Shown here piece by piece: positions 12,770-25,530 of a stretch of DNA of 64,000 bases. The DNA is from Octopus vulgaris (lineage: Eukaryota). The position numbers and the translations under genes are program-made. The stretch spans positions 29,636,001 to 29,700,000 of the forward strand of contig OX597831.1 of the NCBI GenBank assembly GCA_951406725.2, read 5' to 3'. Every line of letters starts with the position of its first letter. Position 1 is the first letter of the stretch. The notes below the pieces were generated by a model. That model saw nothing but the letters and a program-made list of their open reading frames with translations. It searched no databases and was not told the DNA's origin.

Positions 12770-13480
12770 AAAGTCCCTCAAGCTGGAGGACACCAACGAC
12801 GCCATTGTCAGCAAAACTTAACCTCTTCTGAACCTGCGATAGAGATACATCACACCTCGACGCGAAGTCCATGCTACTGGATCAATACGAGAGCGAGATA
12901 AGGGATGTCTTTAAATCTTCTTCTTGTGACAGAAAATGTCGATCCTGCCATGCCAGTGGGGGAAGATATCACCCATATCATCAGCAGCTGTCTAAAAATG
13001 CCTGTCTACAAGGTACTATTAATACTTTCCCATGAGGCATAGCGTTATTGCCAAAACTTTTTACAGTGCTATCTACAGGAAGGATTGCTCTGTCAGTCAT
13101 ACAAAAGACACAGCCGTTACAGAATGTATCCGCACCTTTGATAATAAAGAATACTGGTCGAACTTTTAAAGAAAAACAGCAACAGGGCATAAGCGAAACA
13201 AGGCAGATATTGTTGTATGGGACAAGGAACGAAAGTCATGCATCGTTGTAGATATCGGTTGCCAGGAAGATGTGAAAGTCTCTCCGAAGATTATGGAAAA
13301 GGAGAACATTGATAGAGAACTGATGTGAAACTTGTATGTTCCATATCAGAGGCAATCAATTATCATTTCTTCCTGATATCAGAGATGCACTGAGTTACGT
13401 AACAAATGATTTACATAAAAGCCTAGAAACGGTGGGATCCGCCAGAAAAGAACAAAACAAACTGATTTGCATTCGCCATA
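12770..13480 (+). mobile_element. RLE-type (R4/Dong/NeSL-like) non-LTR retrotransposon C-terminal fragment
   Basis: CCHC knuckle CRSCHASG-EDITHIISSC, then RHSVIAK, then the nuclease motif NKADIVVWDKERKSCIVVDIG...EKEN. Contains frameshifts and stops. Confidence 0.8.
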
Positions 13481-13498
13481 TATAATGTGTGCGTGTGT

Positions 13499-13546
<48 letters not shown>

Positions 13547-13604
13547 ATAAGAAATACGTTTAAAATAATGGTCATTACATATAATTCCTTTACTTGAGCA
13601 AGTC

Positions 13605-13705
13605 TGGCTTACAGCTGTTTCCAGTAGTCGTTATAGGTACATTACTTTCGGATTGACTCAGTTGGTCTGTTGATCTGAGAAATAATGCTACTTTTATCAG
13701 AGGCA
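13605..13705 (-). ncRNA. Decayed type I hammerhead-like motif with branched stem II (G8A)
   Basis: Minus strand: TGCCT-CTGATAA-aAGTAG...(~60 nt structured)...CTACTg-GAA-ACAGCTGT-A-AGCCA. Palindromic stem III, GUA site. Confidence 0.5.
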
Positions 13706-13710
13706 TTTCT

Positions 13711-13761
<51 letters not shown>

Positions 13762-14402
13762 TTGCAGGAACCTTTCTTAAAATGTAACCCCAATCATCAG
13801 GCCTCTACATCACTTTATCATAGTTTGATACTAAAAATCATATTTTAATTTTAAACATATAAGTATGTGTATGTGTAAATAGGTTCGCCGGACCTTACTG
13901 TACAAGCCATAATTTAATTAAAATAAAATATAAAAAATAACAAATAAAAATAAAAATAAAAAATACGAATAGAAAATAAAAATTTACAAAAACTATGTTC
14001 TCACGTAACTTATGTCTATAAATATACACATAAAATTAATAATATATAGGGATAAAAATAAAATAAAATAAACTATATACTTGTGATGGTATAAAATGAA
14101 AGGAATGGCAAATAAATATATTCGAATAAAAATGGAAGCAATGACGAATAAATATTTTCGAATAAAAACTATAGTACGAATGACAAAATGCCAAAAGAAA
14201 ATTTACAAATGATACGAATGATAAAAATAAAAAATTTTTCGAAGTAAAAATAACTTAAGGTTAACGTAAAAGAATAAGTATAAATTACCGTTGACTACAT
14301 TGTCCTACTACATCTTAATTTCGGCTTAACGTCGCATGGTTCGGCGAACGACTACACTCCCACCTACTTCCTGCTTCTTTTAAACTATTACTTAATTATC
14401 AT

Positions 14403-14638
14403 ATTACCTATTTCTTTATTACCCACAAGGGGCTAAACACAGAGGGGACAAACAAGGACAGACATAGGTATTAAGTCGATTATATCGACCCCAGTGCGTA
14501 ACTGGTACTTAATTTATCGACCCCGAAATGATGAAAGGCAAAGTCGACCTCGGCGAAATTTGAACTCACAACGTAACGCAGACGAAATACCGCTAAGCAT
14601 TTCGCCCGGCGTGCTAACGTTTCTGCCAGCTCGCCGCC
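14403..14638 (-). mobile_element. tRNA-derived SINE family B inserted in the Penelope 3' region
   Basis: Head GGCGGCGAGCTGGCAGAAACGTTAGCACGCC, B box GAGTTCAAATT, central GCCTTTCATC.TTTCGGGGTCGATAAATTAAGTACCAG. Confidence 0.9.
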
Positions 14639-14826
14639 ACCATGGTCCAGGAAATACAAAAATGCATCATGGGAACATTACTTTTTTTATTTCGTATTAT
14701 TTCCACCCTTTCTTCACTCACACCGCACTGCTATACCTCCCCACATCTAATGGTAAGTTAATTTGAACTAGTAAGTTCATATTAAATAATGATAGTAGTA
14801 ATAATACTTACGCTTTAAATTTAGGG

Positions 14827-17365
14827 TTAGACGTGATTAATTAGGCATTTCAGTCTATGTTTACATTTTATTTTTCTTTCCTCCTGACCCGTTTTGGTCC
14901 ATAATATCTCCATGAATTCATGGGTACATAACAGACATGACTAATTTCCAATTCTATACGATTTCGTTTTACATATTATATCCCACTTTAATTCATAATT
15001 GATATCTTTTGACTTTAAACTCCAAACGCATTTACTTAGTCCTATCGAATTCATTAGTTTCTTATTTTTACATGAATTCATATGCTGTGCTATTCGTTGT
15101 TTAATTTTATTCGATATCGACCCAATATACGTCCTATCTGGATAATTTTCAATATCCGTATTATTTATTCCACTATTTTCATTTCTATCTACTTTTACAG
15201 AAACTACACATTTATATACTACATCACTTACATTACATCTTCCATTAAATTTAAAGTGGTTTTTATCCCTACAATTACAACTATTACAGTCTCCAGTCCT
15301 TCTATTCAGATGCTTATATAATTTATCATAGTAATATTTATTCAGCCTATACTTATTTATTGATGAAATAATGTTCCCTACATTGTTAGTAGTTGAAAAC
15401 CCCACTCCTATATTATTTTTAGAGAATATTTCCATATATTTTTTTTATTTTCCATTATAAATGATTCTATTGTATTAGTGATATCTTTAATAATATTACT
15501 TTTAACTTGAGTACCATATGGGACTATCAACCATATTATTTTATTATTTTTATTTATGTTTATATTATTAATCCCTTTATCTTTATTTACACAAGTCTTG
15601 TTATTATCTTCTATATTATTCAAAGTATTGTCTCCATTATGATTTTCGTTTAATTTTAAATCCTTCCCCATTAAACCCAACCTATCCTTATACTTTATAC
15701 CATTTATATTTTTCCTGTTTTTTATGTGTTTTATCATCTTGAATTCCATAAAATTACGCAGTGTGCTATGCTTTTATGACTATTATACATATTATTTTTA
15801 TTTTTATTTTTATTACTATATACATTTCTATTCTTGTCTACATTTACATTTATGTTGCTTCCTATATTAACACTATTTAGGTTACTTATGTTTTTGTATT
15901 TTATATAATTATTCCTGTTAATATTCTTATAGAATTTAATTTCTTCGTTATAACCAGCCTTCCTTACTGCTTCATTGTAGTAGTCAGCGTGTTTTAGGAA
16001 GCTCTCATAATTCGAAGAGGGCATTGATATCCTTTTCCCTATGTTATCTATTAGCGTTTTTTTACCGAGTGGGGGGTGATTACTATCTGCATTTATGTAT
16101 TTTAGGTTTTCATTAAGCTTATGGAAAGGCTGTATTAACCCTGTAGCAATATTCAAATTGGCATCTAAAAAGTTTACGTTATAATGTTCATTATATATAG
16201 TAGTTTCTAACCCGTAATTTTTAAAATACCTGTATAATTTCTTTTTATAATTTTCACGAGTTCTGTTTGTACAATTTTTTGTTATTAAAAGTAAATCATC
16301 CCTATATAAGTCCCCTTCTATATTTAAATCTTCTCATTTTAATTCAGAAAGCAGGTATATCCCAACTAGGTCGGTTACCTGTGCTGAATCTGGCTCTCCT
16401 ATAAGTACATCAAAATACTCGATTGTGTCCTTTCTAGCCCATAATTTATTTTTGTATTTAATGAGTGTTTTTCTTGCTATTTGAACTACCTTAATTTCCT
16501 CCATCGTCATTCCTGTTCTATTTTTAACATATATCAAGGCCTTATTCAAACACTATTTCATTTATGGAAGCATAATAATTATCAATATCTATTTGTATGA
16601 ACTTATATTCTTTATTGTTTGCTATATTTTTAAACTATTGTAAAATTTCCATTGTACTGCCCCATAACTTTAGGTAACCTAAATTATTAAATTTGTTTAT
16701 ATTTATCTAATATTAATTTACTTAATTTCCCTAGGGCATATTAGTAGGACTTTAGGGTCTGCATAGAAATTATCTTTATGGTCTTTTAGCGTTATCCTTG
16801 GGTGCAAAGGCACGTAGGGCTCTGTTTTTTTTAATCTAGTTCATAATTCGTCATAATTTCTTTATAGCACTTATTTATTTTCTCTAAAGTATTACTTTGG
16901 ACTATTTTTTTTGAATTCTTTCTCTAGTAAACTATCATAAGTTTCTGTATCTAATTTATATAAGTTCCTGGTTTTGTCAGATTGTACAAAGATTCCCCCA
17001 GTATTTCTCAGTTCTTTTATCTTGATAGCTAAGTTTTTAAGGTAATTATTATGCCTGTTCGGGTTTTTATGAAATTCTAGATTTTTTACTATCCGCCAAA
17101 TTTTGTCTTCCAAGTTTTGCATTTCTTTATTGTACAGCGGTTCTTTCTTAGATTTAAATTTATTCGTAATAAATCTATTATTGTCTGTATTATTAATGTC
17201 TATAGCATTATCATTATTATGGTAGTGTGCTTTCCATTTAAGTCTATTTATGAAATTCTTTATATCATTAATCAGCTTAATCTTGAATTCTGTTTTTGTT
17301 GGGATAGGTATGTCTTTCAGTGATGAATTCCACTCCAGGGGTACTATCTTATCTGTATATGCCAT
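14827..17365 (-). pseudogene. Penelope-like RT + C-terminal GIY-YIG endonuclease ORF, frameshifted
   Basis: N-term SLKDIPIP...FINRLKWKA; QSDKTRN; motif A FIQIDIDNYYASI; motif B GEPDSAQVTDLVG; LYRDD at 16295-16306; NFLD; SNHPP; CNCRDKNHFKFNGRC linker; VVY...YIG...QRIAQH; C-term CLLCTHE...KCKH after an in-frame TAG. Confidence 0.92.
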
Positions 17366-17476
17366 AATTAATTGTTTAATTATCAAGCTAAACAATAAAG
17401 TTAAACCATTAAATTATTTTATTTTATTTGTTAGGGAATAAAAATTCCGGCATCACAGGGGTTCAAACTATCCTCA

Positions 17477-17529
<53 letters not shown>

Positions 17530-17561
17530 TATAAAAACAACAAACGGAAAATATGACATAC

Positions 17562-17628
<67 letters not shown>

Positions 17629-17865
17629 TGTATGTATGTATGTATTTATATATGTATTAACAGTTATCGCCAAGCTAATATGGTAGTCCATAAATATAGG
17701 ACTAAAGCTGCCGTTGATTAGCTCCAAGAGGCCACCACATCTAGCTAGCTATATGACACACGAACATGTGTCCATTATAACCTTCGAACAGGGGAAGTCA
17801 GCCGCTTCCCCTTGCTGGTCAGGTATCTTCCGGTATGTTTCAGGGTATTTGCCCTTTATTTGCCA

Positions 17866-17916
17866 TGTGGGTTCAAGGTCGTTGTGAACCCATGTATATG
17901 TAAATGTATGTATATA

Positions 17917-17973
<57 letters not shown>

Positions 17974-18011
17974 TTACATATACATGGGTTCACAACGACC
18001 TTGAACCCACA
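17866..18011. repeat. Perfect ~44-bp inverted repeat centred on a (TA)n tract
   Basis: TGTGGGTTCAAGGTCGTTGTGAACCCATGTATATGTAAATGTAT and its exact reverse complement. The ORF track gives the same peptide on both strands. Confidence 0.95.
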
Positions 18012-18233
18012 AGAGTAAACAAGAGAGACAGAGACAGGCAGAAACAAGTGAAATGCCCCTTGTATTTGAACATTATGCAGATATTCTTTTAAAAAACTTT
18101 TCTTTTAATTATTCCAAATTTAATTGTTTTCTATACTTAGAGTTGAAAAAAGTCTCAATGACTGAAACCGGAGCTGAAATGTTTTTTTATATAATTATTT
18201 TAGCATTTTCTACCTTGACTTTTTTTCCATATA

Positions 18234-18746
18234 TCTATATAAAACTGTAGTTGTGTGAGTGTCTGTCCCCTTCGATTTAGATTCCTAACTCCTCCCACAT
18301 TTTGCGGTGCAGTTTAACCAAATTCGGGTATCTTATAGTCGTGATTAATATCGAGCCCGTCTGGCTATTAGCGCGCGTCTACGATGAGTCTACGATTTTA
18401 AAAATAATTTAACATCATTTTTTATTCCATTTTAATGCATAATTTTTCGTGTGTCGATGGCGGTGGTGTTGGCGTCCACGCTCAAACACCTGCACCTATG
18501 TTTGCTTCTCCCCCTTCTTCCCTCCCTCGTGAAGCTGTGGGGAAGGGAGTGTAAGCAAATCAACGTCGTAATGCGTTGTCAAGGAGACCAGCGTTCTTTT
18601 AGAACAACGACTTCATGGCTTGAAGACACCAAAACAGAAATGGCTAAGAAAGCCCGAATTGGCATCTATAAGGGAAGTAACTCTCTAAAAATGCTTATAT
18701 AGTTATTTCCCTTACAAACCCGAGCAACGCCGGGCGATACTGCCAG
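18234..18746 (+). mobile_element. Non-autonomous Helitron
   Basis: 5' TCTATATAAAA preceded by A. Subterminal hairpin CCCG-AGCAACGC-CGGG at 18719-18734. 3' CCAG (CTAG variant) followed by T. No TSD. Confidence 0.7.
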
Positions 18747-18984
18747 TCTATATATATATATATTCTCTACTGAAAGCACGTGGCCTAGTGGTCAGGGTGT
18801 TGCACTCCCGATCGCAAGATCGTGGCCTCGATTCCCAGACCGGGTGGTGTGTCGTGTTCTTGAGCACAACTCCTACGACGGAAACCGGGTATCCATACCC
18901 CATGTGTCTTGAGACTTGAGACAATACTAACTTTATTACTGGAATATAAAACCATAAAAAGATTAAAATGACATTTAAAATTAT

Positions 18985-19368
18985 CTTTTCTCTTGTTTCA
19001 GTCATAAGGCTACGGCCATTTTTAGGCGAATGAGTCGACCCCAGCACTTCTTGTTATTTTTTTCTTTTTCTTCTTAAGACTGGTATTTCTTCTATCGGTC
19101 TCTTTTTGGTGAAGCCGCTAAGTTCCGGGTGCTTAAACACACCAACACTGGTTGTGAAGCGGTGATGAGACAAACACACACATTCACACATAAAACATGT
19201 GTATACATGTATGTGACAGGCGTTTTTCGGTGTTCGTTTATCAGATCCTCTGACAAGGCTTCGGTCGGCCCCAAACTATAGGAGACGACACTTGCCCAGG
19301 GTGCCAAGCAGTGCGATTGAACCCGGAACCATGTGGCTAGGCAAACAAAGTTCTCACGCCTGCGCCTA
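18985..19368 (-). mobile_element. SINE family A, diverged
   Basis: Recognisable tail CTTGTTTCAGTCAT and head remnants. Confidence 0.75.
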
Positions 19369-19780
19369 TAAAAGTACTTGTCAGAAATGGGAACCTCGGA
19401 ACCTCATTTTTAAGACTGTAAGATGAGATTTGAGGAATATTTAGCTGCCATTTCCAGTTGGTCGAGTGATCATTTATTGGCTCTGGCGAAGTAAAGAGTC
19501 TATGAGTAGGGATCAAAATCGTATCGCAGAGTCTACAGACACACAGACACATACACGGCAATGAAATAGCCTCTTTGCAATCAAACGACATACAAGAAAC
19601 AACAGCTAAATCACTAACATGAGATATTACATGCTTTGAAAGAAGGAAGGACACATTGTATAATGGAGAAAAATTTCTCAGACATGGTATCTGGAAAATA
19701 CATGGGATGATCTTCGTGGGAACGTCTTTGACGAAAAGTGACCTTGGGCTGAACAACAACAAATATACCCACATACATAC

Positions 19781-19833
<53 letters not shown>

Positions 19834-19912
19834 ATGTATATGTATGTATATATACACACATATATATGTATATGTATATATGTATATACATATACAAATA
19901 TTCATATATACT

Positions 19913-19950
<38 letters not shown>

Positions 19951-19954
19951 CATT

Positions 19955-20312
19955 CGTGGTACTCCGTCGGTTACGACGACGAAGGTTCTAGTTGATTCGA
20001 TCAACGGAACAGCCTACTCGTGAAATTAACGTGCAAGTGGCTGAGCATTCCACAGACACATGTACCCTAAACGTAGTTCTCGGGGAGATTGTGACAAGGC
20101 TGGCCCTTTGAAATACAGGTACAACAGAAACAGAAAGAAAGCGTGAGAGAAAGTTGTGGTGTAAGAGTACAGCAGGGTTCGCCACCACCCACTGGCGTAG
20201 CCTCGTGGAGCATTAGGTGTTTTAGCTCAATAAATACTCACAACTGGGAATCGAAACCGCGATCCTACGACCGCGGTTTGCTACCCTAACCACTAGGCCA
20301 TTGCGCCTCCTC
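19955..20312 (-). mobile_element. SINE family C
   Basis: Reverse complement of 1869-2254, including the GTCGTCGTAACCGACGGAGT tail. Confidence 0.85.
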
Positions 20313-20325
20313 ACATTGCGCCACC

Positions 20326-20422
<97 letters not shown>

Positions 20423-20459
20423 ACGCATATTACCCAAATATGAAAAAAGCGTGTGTGGG

Positions 20460-20658
20460 GAGCGCTTGTTAGGGGTTGTCTGAATAGCCAGAAATAGCTC
20501 ATAAATCTCCCTCAAATTTCTTTAAAAACATTGACAGGGTACATAGGATAATGTAGTCCTAGATACACAATGCCTGAAAAAAAGATGAAGAGCCGTAGTT
20601 GGAACGTCGTTGATTATAAACCTGCTTGGGCAAGATTAACCTTGGGCTAAACTAGAAC
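20460..20658 (+). mobile_element. Old dispersed repeat family E (tail CCT(T/G)GGGCTAAA + CAA repeats)
   Basis: Diverged matches at ~9020-9133, ~19630-19762, ~58730-58780 and ~61825-61915 (AAGGACAC...TCCTAG...ACCTTGGGCTAAAC). Confidence 0.5.
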
Positions 20659-21019
20659 CGATATATTTATTACACACACACACACACACAAAGATACATA
20701 CACATAAACATACACGCTAACACACACACACACTAGCGCGCACACAGGCATACACACACAAACACGAACACATACGAACACACACATACACACTCACACA
20801 CAAACTCGAAATACAGTTACGTTCTTATAGACACACTCAAAACATTTGCATTGACACACGCAACGCGTGCACAAATACAACGAGCATGCACACACACAGA
20901 CACACACAGACACAAACACACACCATGCAATTTAAAGACACTTGCTATGCAAACAAGCGCACACACTCACAAACACACAAATACGAGCACGCTATACATA
21001 CATTACGACATATGCAATT

Positions 21020-21044
21020 GCACACACACACAAACACGCACACA

Positions 21045-21101
<57 letters not shown>

Positions 21102-21113
21102 ATACACACAAAC

Positions 21114-21166
<53 letters not shown>

Positions 21167-21174
21167 AACACACT

Positions 21175-21272
<98 letters not shown>

Positions 21273-21308
21273 ACACACACACACACACACACACAAACAC
21301 ACACACTC

Positions 21309-21369
<61 letters not shown>

Positions 21370-21445
21370 AACACACTCATACACACACACACACACACAC
21401 ACACTCATACACACAACCGCGCCGACACACACACACACACACACG
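21020..21445. repeat. Interrupted (AC)n array
   Basis: (AC)n with recurring AAA and CTCATA interruptions. Confidence 0.95.
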
Positions 21446-21460
21446 AACACGCACGCACAT

Positions 21461-22086
21461 ACTCTTTTACTTGTTTCAGTCGTTTGACTGTGGCCATGCT
21501 GGAGCACCGCCTTTAATCGAGCACATCGACCCCAGGACTTATTCTTTATAAGCCTAGTACTTATTCTAACGGTCACTTTTGCCGAACCGCTAGTTAACGG
21601 GGGCGTAAGCACACCAGCATCGGTTGTCAAGCGATGTTGGGGGCGGGGTGGTTGGAGACAAACACAGACACGCATACATATAGACACATATACATACATA
21701 TATATATACATATATACGACGGGCTTCTTTTCAGTTTCCGTCTACCAAATCCACTCACAAGGCTTTGGTCGGCCCGAGGCTATAGCAGAAGACACTTGCC
21801 CAAGGTGCCACGCAGTGGGACTGAACCCGGAACCAATGTGGTTGGTAAACAAGCTACTTACCACACAGCCACTCCGGTGCATATATACACACATATACAT
21901 ACATATATATACATATATATATAATGGGCTTCTTTCAGTTTCCGTCAACCAAATCCACTCAGAAGGCTTTGGTCAGCCCGAGGCTATAGTAGAAGACACT
22001 TGCCCAAGGTGCCACGCAGTGGGACTGAACCCGGAACCAATGTGGTTGGTAAACAAGCTACTTACCACACAGCCACTCCTACGCCT
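21461..22086 (-). mobile_element. SINE family A plus a tandem second 5' half
   Basis: Full copy at 21461-21876 and a head half at ~21923-22086. Both share an extra A (GGAACCAATGTGG). A similar 1.5-mer layout occurs at 58074-58722. Confidence 0.88.
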
Positions 22087-22516
22087 ACACGTTCACAGAG
22101 ATACACACACGCGTACGCACAAGCTACAAGTGCGCGCCAACAAATACAAATTCACACACAACAGGTGCACATAGTCACACATACACAATCACACAAGCTC
22201 GTACTGCGCTCACTCATACACACACACCGACACACACACACATATTTTCACACACACACACACACATATTTTCATCCACACACGCAGCCATGCACACGTT
22301 ATATACATACGCACATACATTACACGTTACAGGATATGCTATATACGCATACATCACAGTCACATGTACTCATGCATGAAGCATAAGCAAATACACACAC
22401 ATACACAAAAGACAATATACGCATACAAGCACACATTCACACACACGCACGCACGTACACGCGAATATAGCTAAACATGATTTACACACACGCGCATTCT
22501 ATCGCGTTCACGCTAT

Positions 22517-22553
<37 letters not shown>

Positions 22554-22659
22554 CACACACACACACTCACACAGTATTCACAAATATAAGGAAACATGCA
22601 TCATACGCGCGAGTGGACTGCACACGCCACATACACACACACACGAATGCACACACATA

Positions 22660-23110
22660 CACACACACGTACAGACACATTCATCGACACACGCGCGTGC
22701 AGACACATTCACCGACACACAAACACACACACACACACACACGTACAGACACATTCACCGACACACAAACATACACACACACACACACACATACACACTC
22801 CCGTACAGACACATTCACCGACACTCAAACACACACACACACACGTACAAACACATTCATCGATACATACACACACACGTACAGACACATTCACCGACAC
22901 ATAAACAGACACACACACACACACACACGTACAGACACATTCACCGATACATACACACACACACACGTACAGACACATTCACCGATACACACACACACAC
23001 ACACACACACGTACAGACACATTCACCGATACATACACACACACACGTACAGCCTCATTCACCGACACACAAACACACAAACACACACACGTACAAACAC
23101 ATTCACCGAT

Positions 23111-23112
<2 letters not shown>
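22660..23112. repeat. ~40-bp minisatellite built on (AC)n
   Basis: CGTACAGACACATTCACCGA(T/C)AC + (AC)n, about 11 copies. Confidence 0.9.
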
Positions 23113-23142
<30 letters not shown>

Positions 23143-23489
23143 GCGCGCGTGATAAACGCATTCAGTGATACGCACACATCGAAACACATACACGCACGCG
23201 CTCTTACACCCACACAATCACACACACATACACACACACACACACATTTATTCGCTACAAGTGCGCTTATATATATATATATATATTCATATACACACAT
23301 TATACATGTCAATGAAACAGACAAGCATATATATATACACACGCACGCGTGCATGCGCGTCAATTCCGATCGCTAACAAATATACGCATACACAGAAATA
23401 CGGAGGCATACCCACACACATATCAGCACACAGACACACACACACTGGATTGCACAGAAGCAAACACTCGTATGGAAAGACAGATACAC

Positions 23490-24256
23490 ACTTGCTTATG
23501 TGTGCGTGTGTGTGTGTGAGGGGGTTACGTTAAATTTTATGTGTGCGTGTGTGTGTGTATCTACGTGTATCTTCCTTATATGTGTGCGTATGTGCTTGTG
23601 TCTGTGTGTGTGGGGGTGCGTTAATTTAATGTTTGCGTGTGTGTGTATTGTGTGTGCGTGTGTGATTGCGTGTGTGTGATTGAGTGTGTTTGCGTGTGTG
23701 TGATTGTGTATCTATGTGTATCTTGTTTATATGTGTGCGTATGTGTTTGTGTCTGTGTGTGTAGGGGGGTAATTTAATGTGTGCGTGTGCGTGTATGATT
23801 GTGTGTGCGTGTGTGATTGCGTGTGTGTGATTGTGTATCTATGTGTATCTTGTTTATATGTGTGTGCGTATGTGTGTGTGTGTGTGGGGGGGGGCTACAT
23901 TAAATTTAATGTGTGCATATGTGTGTGTGATTGTGTGTGTATCTGTGCGTATCTTGCTTACATGTGTGCGTACATGTGTGTGTGGGGGTTACGTTAATTT
24001 AATGTGCACGTGCATGTGTGTCTGTGTATGCGTGTATATTTGTGTGTATGTATCTATGCATATCTTGCTTATATGAGTGCGTATGTGTGTGTGTGTGTGT
24101 GTAGGAGGGTTACATTAAATTTAATGTATGCGCGTGCGTATGATTGTGTGTGTTTGTGTGTGTCTGTTTGTGTATATAAATGTATGTCTTGCTTATGTGT
24201 GTGCGTATGTGTTTGTGTGTGGGAGTGTGGGAGGTTACGTTAAATTTAATGTGCGC

Positions 24257-24260
<4 letters not shown>
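23490..24260. repeat. ~110-130-bp diverged minisatellite built on (GT)n
   Basis: Recurring TCTTGCTTAT...GGGGGTTACGTTAAATTTAATGTG, about 6-7 copies. Confidence 0.85.
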
Positions 24261-24300
<40 letters not shown>

Positions 24301-24387
24301 CTGTATGGTGTTAATACTACAAATTTCAAGGTATGACAGGTGTATGAGCGGGAGATGGGGGTGGATACACACGGTACCAGACAGATT

Positions 24388-24456
<69 letters not shown>

Positions 24457-24576
24457 TTGCATATGTGTGTGTGTGTAAAGGAAGGGAGAGCAGAAATTAC
24501 AAAGAGGTGAAATATTTGGAGATGCTTGTGTGTATATGTATGTATGTATGCGTGTATAAATATGCGTGTGCGCACG

Positions 24577-24609
<33 letters not shown>

Positions 24610-25059
24610 ATATATATATGTGCGCGTGCGTGTGTGAGTGAGTGTATGCTTGAGTGTGTGTATGTGTGTATGTATACCTATATTTATATGTATCTGCCTG
24701 TGTCTATACTTATATATATATATATATGTATGTGCTTGTGTGAATGTGTACTGTTATGCATAATGGTCTGAGTGATCCACAGGCAAACGCGCGCGCGCGC
24801 ACGTGTCTATATGTATGTGTGTGCGTGTATGTGCATGTGTATGTGTATGTGTGAATATGTGTTCGTGTGTGTGTGTGTGTGCGCGTGTGTGTGTGTGTGT
24901 GTGTGTATTGTAACCACATGTTCTGAAGACAATAACTCTTTCTATCAACAATACCACCACCACCACCACCACCACCACCACCACCACCAAAACAATATCT
25001 GACATTTCTTCCATACAGCCCCACCCCCGCACACCCCGTCGTTCACTCCGCTTCTCATA

Positions 25060-25152
25060 TCATTCTCTCTTTCTTTCTTTCTTTCTTTCTCTTTCTCTCC
25101 CCTGTCGTTCTCTTCTTTTCACTCCTCTCTGTCTGTCTGTCTGTCTGTCTCT

Positions 25153-25191
<39 letters not shown>

Positions 25192-25530
25192 ACTCTCTGC
25201 TCTCTTCACCCTCTCTCCCTCCTTCTCCTCTTCCATCTACTTCTCTTCCTTCCCCCTTCTCTTTCTCTTCTTCGTTCCCCTTTTTTCCTCGTTCTCTTCT
25301 CTCGCTCTCTCTCCCTCTCTCTCTCTCTTACTCTCCTCCACAATCCCTCACTCTCCCTTTCTCTCTCTGGCTCTCTCTCTCTTCTTCCACTCTCTGGCTA
25401 CCACTCTCTCCCTCCCTCTCTTCCCTTACTGTCCCTCTCCCCTTTTCATTCTCCCCCCCCCTTGTGTCTAACTGTCTCTCTGTCTGTCTCTCTCTCTCTC
25501 TCACCCTTTTCCTCTCACCACTCCTCATCA
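25060..25530. repeat. Polypyrimidine (CT-rich) tract upstream of the exon
   Basis: About 470 bp that is almost purely C/T on the + strand. Confidence 0.85.

Larger units (their letters stand above)
13758..17477 (-). mobile_element. Penelope-like retroelement, near full length, decayed
   Basis: RT plus GIY-YIG pseudo-ORF and an AT-rich 3' region, bounded by (TA)n at 13714-13757 and TA/TG repeats at 17478. The boundaries are inferred. Confidence 0.85.

Noticed and set aside
14821-14830. TTAGGGTTAG telomere-like motif at the PLE stop codon
   Set aside because: Fewer than two units, as expected by chance.
22660-23112. CRISPR-like regular repeats
   Set aside because: The spacers are (AC)n rather than unique, the context is eukaryotic and there are no cas genes.
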